A DNA stretch of 32,000 nt from Synechocystis sp. PCC 6803 substr. PCC-P. Lineage in GTDB: Bacteria > Cyanobacteriota > Cyanobacteriia > Cyanobacteriales > Microcystaceae. Shown here in pieces: positions 29,243 to 32,000 of the stretch; the stretch's first letter is position 1, and every line of letters starts with the position of its first letter. The stretch lies in contig NC_017039.1 in NCBI RefSeq assembly GCF_000284455.1, positions 540,001 through 572,000 on the forward strand, in the 5' to 3' direction. The translations under genes were made by a program, and so were the position numbers. A model generated the notes under the pieces. It ran no database searches. It worked only from the letters and a program-made list of their open reading frames with translations, and had not been told where the DNA came from.

Positions 29243-29590
29243 ATGAGTGAGCGTCCCCCTGAAAAGACCCTGGCGGAGTTGGCATCCCCAAACCATGAAT
29301 GCCGGGCCTGCGGTTATGTTTACATTCCCAGCCAAGGGGATCAAAAGACTAGTGTTTCCCCCGGCACTCCCTTTGAGGCCCTACCCCTTAATTGGAAATG
29401 TCCGGTGTGTGGCGCCCCCCGCAACTACTTCATCAGCACCGGGGAGACCGATGCTCCCTCTGGTTTTGCCGAGAACCTTAACTACGGTTTTGGTTTTAAC
29501 CGTATGAGTGGTGGTAAAAAGAATTTACTAATTTTCGGTAGTCTTTTCGTCATTTTCCTATTTTTCCTGAGCCTTTACGGCATGGGATAA
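29243..29590 (+). CDS. rubA: membrane-anchored rubredoxin RubA (PSII assembly)
   Basis: 'HECRACGYVYIPSQGD...FEALPLNWKCPVCGAPRNYF' double CxxCG motifs plus C-terminal TM 'LLIFGSLFVIFLFFLSLYGMG'. Directly upstream of ycf48. Confidence 0.95.
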   Translation: MSERPPEKTLAELASPNHECRACGYVYIPSQGDQKTSVSPGTPFEALPLNWKCPVCGAPRNYFISTGETDAPSGFAENLNYGFGFNRMSGGKKNLLIFGSLFVIFLFFLSLYGMG

Positions 29591-29645
29591 GGCTTCAATT
29601 TTCCCTCTGAGCCCTTGCTGTACTCGTTGATTATTCCTGTTCACA

Positions 29646-30674
29646 ATGCCTGTTAAATTCCCCAGTTTGAAGTTTGAGCAACTAAAGCAACTTGTCCTAG
29701 TGGCGGCGATCGCCGTTTTCTGTGTGAGCTGCAGCCATGTGCCGGATTTGGCCTTCAATCCATGGCAAGAAATTGCTTTAGAAACAGATTCTACCTTTGC
29801 GGATATTGCCTTCACGGAAGATCCGAACCATGGTTGGCTGGTGGGTACCAAGGAGACTATTTTTGAAACCACCGATGGCGGTGACACCTGGGAGCAGAAG
29901 CTGATTGACCTAGGGGAAGAAAAGGCTAGTTTTTCCGCCGTTAGTTTCTCTGGCAACGAGGGATGGATCACAGGTAAACCTTCCATTTTGCTCCACACCA
30001 CCGATGGGGGCCAAACCTGGGCCCGCATTCCCTTGAGTGAGAAACTGCCCGGTGCTCCCTACAGTATTATTGCCCTGGGACCCCAGACGGCGGAGATGAT
30101 TACGGATTTGGGCGCTATTTACAAAACCACCAATGGGGGCAAAAACTGGAAAGCTTTGGTGGAGGGGGCCGTAGGAGTAGCCCGCACCATTCAACGATCA
30201 ACCGATGGCCGTTATGTGGCGGTGTCAGCCCGGGGTAATTTTTATTCCACCTGGGCACCGGGACAAACGGAATGGACTCCCCATAACCGCAATTCTTCCC
30301 GACGCTTACAGACCATGGGCTATGGCAAGGACGGTCAACTATGGCTGTTGGCCCGGGGGGGACAACTCCAGTTCAGCACCGATCCCGATGCAGAGGAATG
30401 GAGCGATGTGATTGCTCCCCAGGATAAAGGTAGTTGGGGTCTGCTCGATCTGTCTTTCCGTACCCCTGAAGAAGTATGGGTAGCGGGGGCCAGCGGTAAC
30501 CTCTTGATGAGTCAAGACGGGGGGCAAACCTGGGCCAAGGACACTGGGGTAGAAGATATTCCAGCCAATCTTTATCGGGTGGTGTTCCTCAGTCCGGAAA
30601 AAGGATTTGTGTTGGGGCAGGATGGGATTTTGCTCAAATATAACCCCAGCACCGAGGTGGCAATGGTTCCCTAG
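29646..30674 (+). CDS. ycf48: photosystem II assembly/stability lipoprotein Ycf48 (HCF136 homologue)
   Basis: Lipobox 'AVFCVSCSH', repeated BNR-like 'TTDGGDTWE', 'TTDGGQTWA', 'TTNGGKNW', 'SQDGGQTWA'. Gene order rubA-ycf48-psbEFLJ. Confidence 0.97.
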   Translation: MPVKFPSLKFEQLKQLVLVAAIAVFCVSCSHVPDLAFNPWQEIALETDSTFADIAFTEDPNHGWLVGTKETIFETTDGGDTWEQKLIDLGEEKASFSAVSFSGNEGWITGKPSILLHTTDGGQTWARIPLSEKLPGAPYSIIALGPQTAEMITDLGAIYKTTNGGKNWKALVEGAVGVARTIQRSTDGRYVAVSARGNFYSTWAPGQTEWTPHNRNSSRRLQTMGYGKDGQLWLLARGGQLQFSTDPDAEEWSDVIAPQDKGSWGLLDLSFRTPEEVWVAGASGNLLMSQDGGQTWAKDTGVEDIPANLYRVVFLSPEKGFVLGQDGILLKYNPSTEVAMVP

Positions 30675-30759
30675 GCGGCTCACAAAATAGTAGACTAGAC
30701 TCTACTTGCTTTGCATTTGTCAGTCAATGTTGTTTTGAAAAATTGAAGGAGAACACAAA

Positions 30760-31005
30760 ATGTCAGGGACTACCGGCGAGCGTCCATTTTCCGATATTGT
30801 CACCAGCATTCGCTACTGGGTGATCCACAGCATCACCATCCCGATGTTGTTTATTGCTGGTTGGTTGTTTGTCAGCACGGGCTTAGCCTACGATGCTTTT
30901 GGCACTCCCCGCCCCGATGAATATTTCACCCAGACCCGTCAAGAGTTGCCCATTCTCCAGGAACGCTACGACATTAATCAGGAAATTCAAGAGTTTAATC
31001 AATAA
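30760..31005 (+). CDS. psbE: cytochrome b559 subunit alpha
   Basis: '[56 protein letters not shown]'. Confidence 0.99.
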
Positions 31006-31041
31006 AACATTTAATTGTTCTTTTTTAGTTGGTAATTAACA

Positions 31042-31176
31042 ATGGCAACCCAAAATCCTAATCAACCGGTTACTTATCCCATTTTTACGGTGCGCTGGCT
31101 GGCGGTTCACACCCTGGCGGTGCCCTCTGTCTTCTTTGTCGGGGCGATCGCCGCGATGCAATTTATTCAACGCTAG
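31042..31176 (+). CDS. psbF: cytochrome b559 subunit beta
   Basis: Hand translation: [44 protein letters not shown]. Missing from the ORF track. Confidence 0.99.
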
Positions 31177-31185
31177 GAGTTTTTC

Positions 31186-31305
31186 ATGGACAGAAATTCA
31201 AACCCAAACCGCCAACCGGTGGAATTGAACCGCACTTCTTTATACCTGGGTCTATTGTTGGTGGCTGTGTTGGGGATTTTGTTCTCCAGCTATTTCTTTA
31301 ACTAA
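31186..31305 (+). CDS. psbL: photosystem II protein PsbL
   Basis: Hand translation: [39 protein letters not shown]. Missing from the ORF track. Confidence 0.98.
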
Positions 31306-31337
31306 ACTTTTTTAATACGCAATTTAGGAGGCATGGT

Positions 31338-31457
31338 ATGTTCGCAGAAGGCAGAATCCCTTTGTGGGTGGTGGGTGTAGTGGCCGGTATTGGCGCCATT
31401 GGTGTTCTAGGGTTATTTTTCTACGGAGCCTATGCTGGTTTAGGTTCTTCCATGTAA
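31338..31457 (+). CDS. psbJ: photosystem II protein PsbJ
   Basis: Hand translation: [39 protein letters not shown]. Missing from the ORF track. Confidence 0.98.
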
Positions 31458-31541
31458 TCGAGGGCTAGCCGCCACACAATATCATGGTTTTAAGGTGGGC
31501 TTGGCCCACTTTTTTTATGGCAATTTTTCCTCCCAAAATAG

Positions 31542-32000
31542 ATGACAATGGCAATGCAACCCCAAACTTTGGTGATTAAAATTGGTACTTCTAGCCTAGC
31601 TCGTCCGGAAACGGGTCAGTTGGCCCTCTCCACCATTGCCGCTTTGGTGGAAACTGTATGCAAGTTGATCGGCCAAGGCCATCGGGTGGTGCTAGTCTCC
31701 TCTGGAGCCATAGGAGTAGGTTGTAGTCGTTTGGGCCTGACAGAAAGGCCAAAAAAAATGGCCTTAAAGCAGGCGATCGCCGCTGTGGGCCAGGGCAGAT
31801 TAATGCGGACCTATGACGACCTTTTTAGTAGCCTCCGGCAACCCATTGCCCAAATTTTGCTCACCAGACGGGAATTAATTGAGCGTACCGCCTATGTCAA
31901 CGCCTACAACACGTTCCAAGCTCTGTTTGAGTTGGGGGTGATTGCCATTGTCAATGAAAACGACACGGTGGCGATCGATGAACTAAAATTTGGCGACAAT
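31542..32000 (+). CDS. proB: glutamate 5-kinase, N-terminal part (runs off the window end)
   Basis: Open frame from ATG 31542 (alternative ATG 31554): '[53 protein letters not shown]...[19 protein letters not shown]', characteristic of ProB. Confidence 0.95.
   Translation, partial: MTMAMQPQTLVIKIGTSSLARPETGQLALSTIAALVETVCKLIGQGHRVVLVSSGAIGVGCSRLGLTERPKKMALKQAIAAVGQGRLMRTYDDLFSSLRQPIAQILLTRRELIERTAYVNAYNTFQALFELGVIAIVNENDTVAIDELKFGDN

Noticed and set aside
29558-30683. Minus-strand ORFs of 156, 94 and 114 aa opposite ycf48
   Set aside because: Antisense to the well-supported ycf48; arise from its repeat-rich codon pattern.
1-32000. tRNA, rRNA, CRISPR arrays and transposase genes
   Set aside because: Visual search of intergenic regions found no tRNA T-loop/cloverleaf pattern, rRNA stretches, regular repeat-spacer arrays or transposase-like ORFs; tRNAscan-SE and Infernal runs would be needed to exclude short RNAs.

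Overview
This 32 kb window looks like a chromosomal segment from a Synechocystis-type cyanobacterium. It is gene-dense, has abundant HIP1 palindromes (GGCGATCGCC, about 30 copies), and carries photosystem II genes psbQ, psbK, rubA, ycf48 and psbEFLJ. Most of it is ordinary housekeeping or photosynthesis content: gad, ureD, ureC, thyX, plsC-like, bolA, CGFS glutaredoxin, ybaB, hisD, a pyridine nucleotide-disulfide oxidoreductase, ycf23, dxs and the start of proB. I recovered by hand several genes absent from the supplied ORF track: psbK (minus strand, inside a region covered by a spurious longer ORF), psbF, psbL, psbJ and the truncated 5' part of proB. The best candidates for less ordinary biology are: (i) a low-GC, HIP1-free island at about 2.2-3.45 kb with a divergent gene pair (a vWA-MoxR-associated-type HTH protein and a TerD-domain protein). 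The two genes share an intergenic region with phased decamer repeats (AATTCGACTT-TATTCGACTT, repeated 70 bp downstream as AATCCGACCT-AGTTCGACTT). (ii) A DUF433/DUF5615 putative toxin-antitoxin pair next to gad. (iii) A GT39-like membrane protein with a C-terminal TPR-like domain. (iv) A MITE-like repeat with imperfect terminal inverted repeats at 17296-17389. I found no convincing CRISPR array, rRNA, tRNA or intact transposase. No strong evidence for a wholly new system was found; the TerD/HTH locus is the most promising lead.
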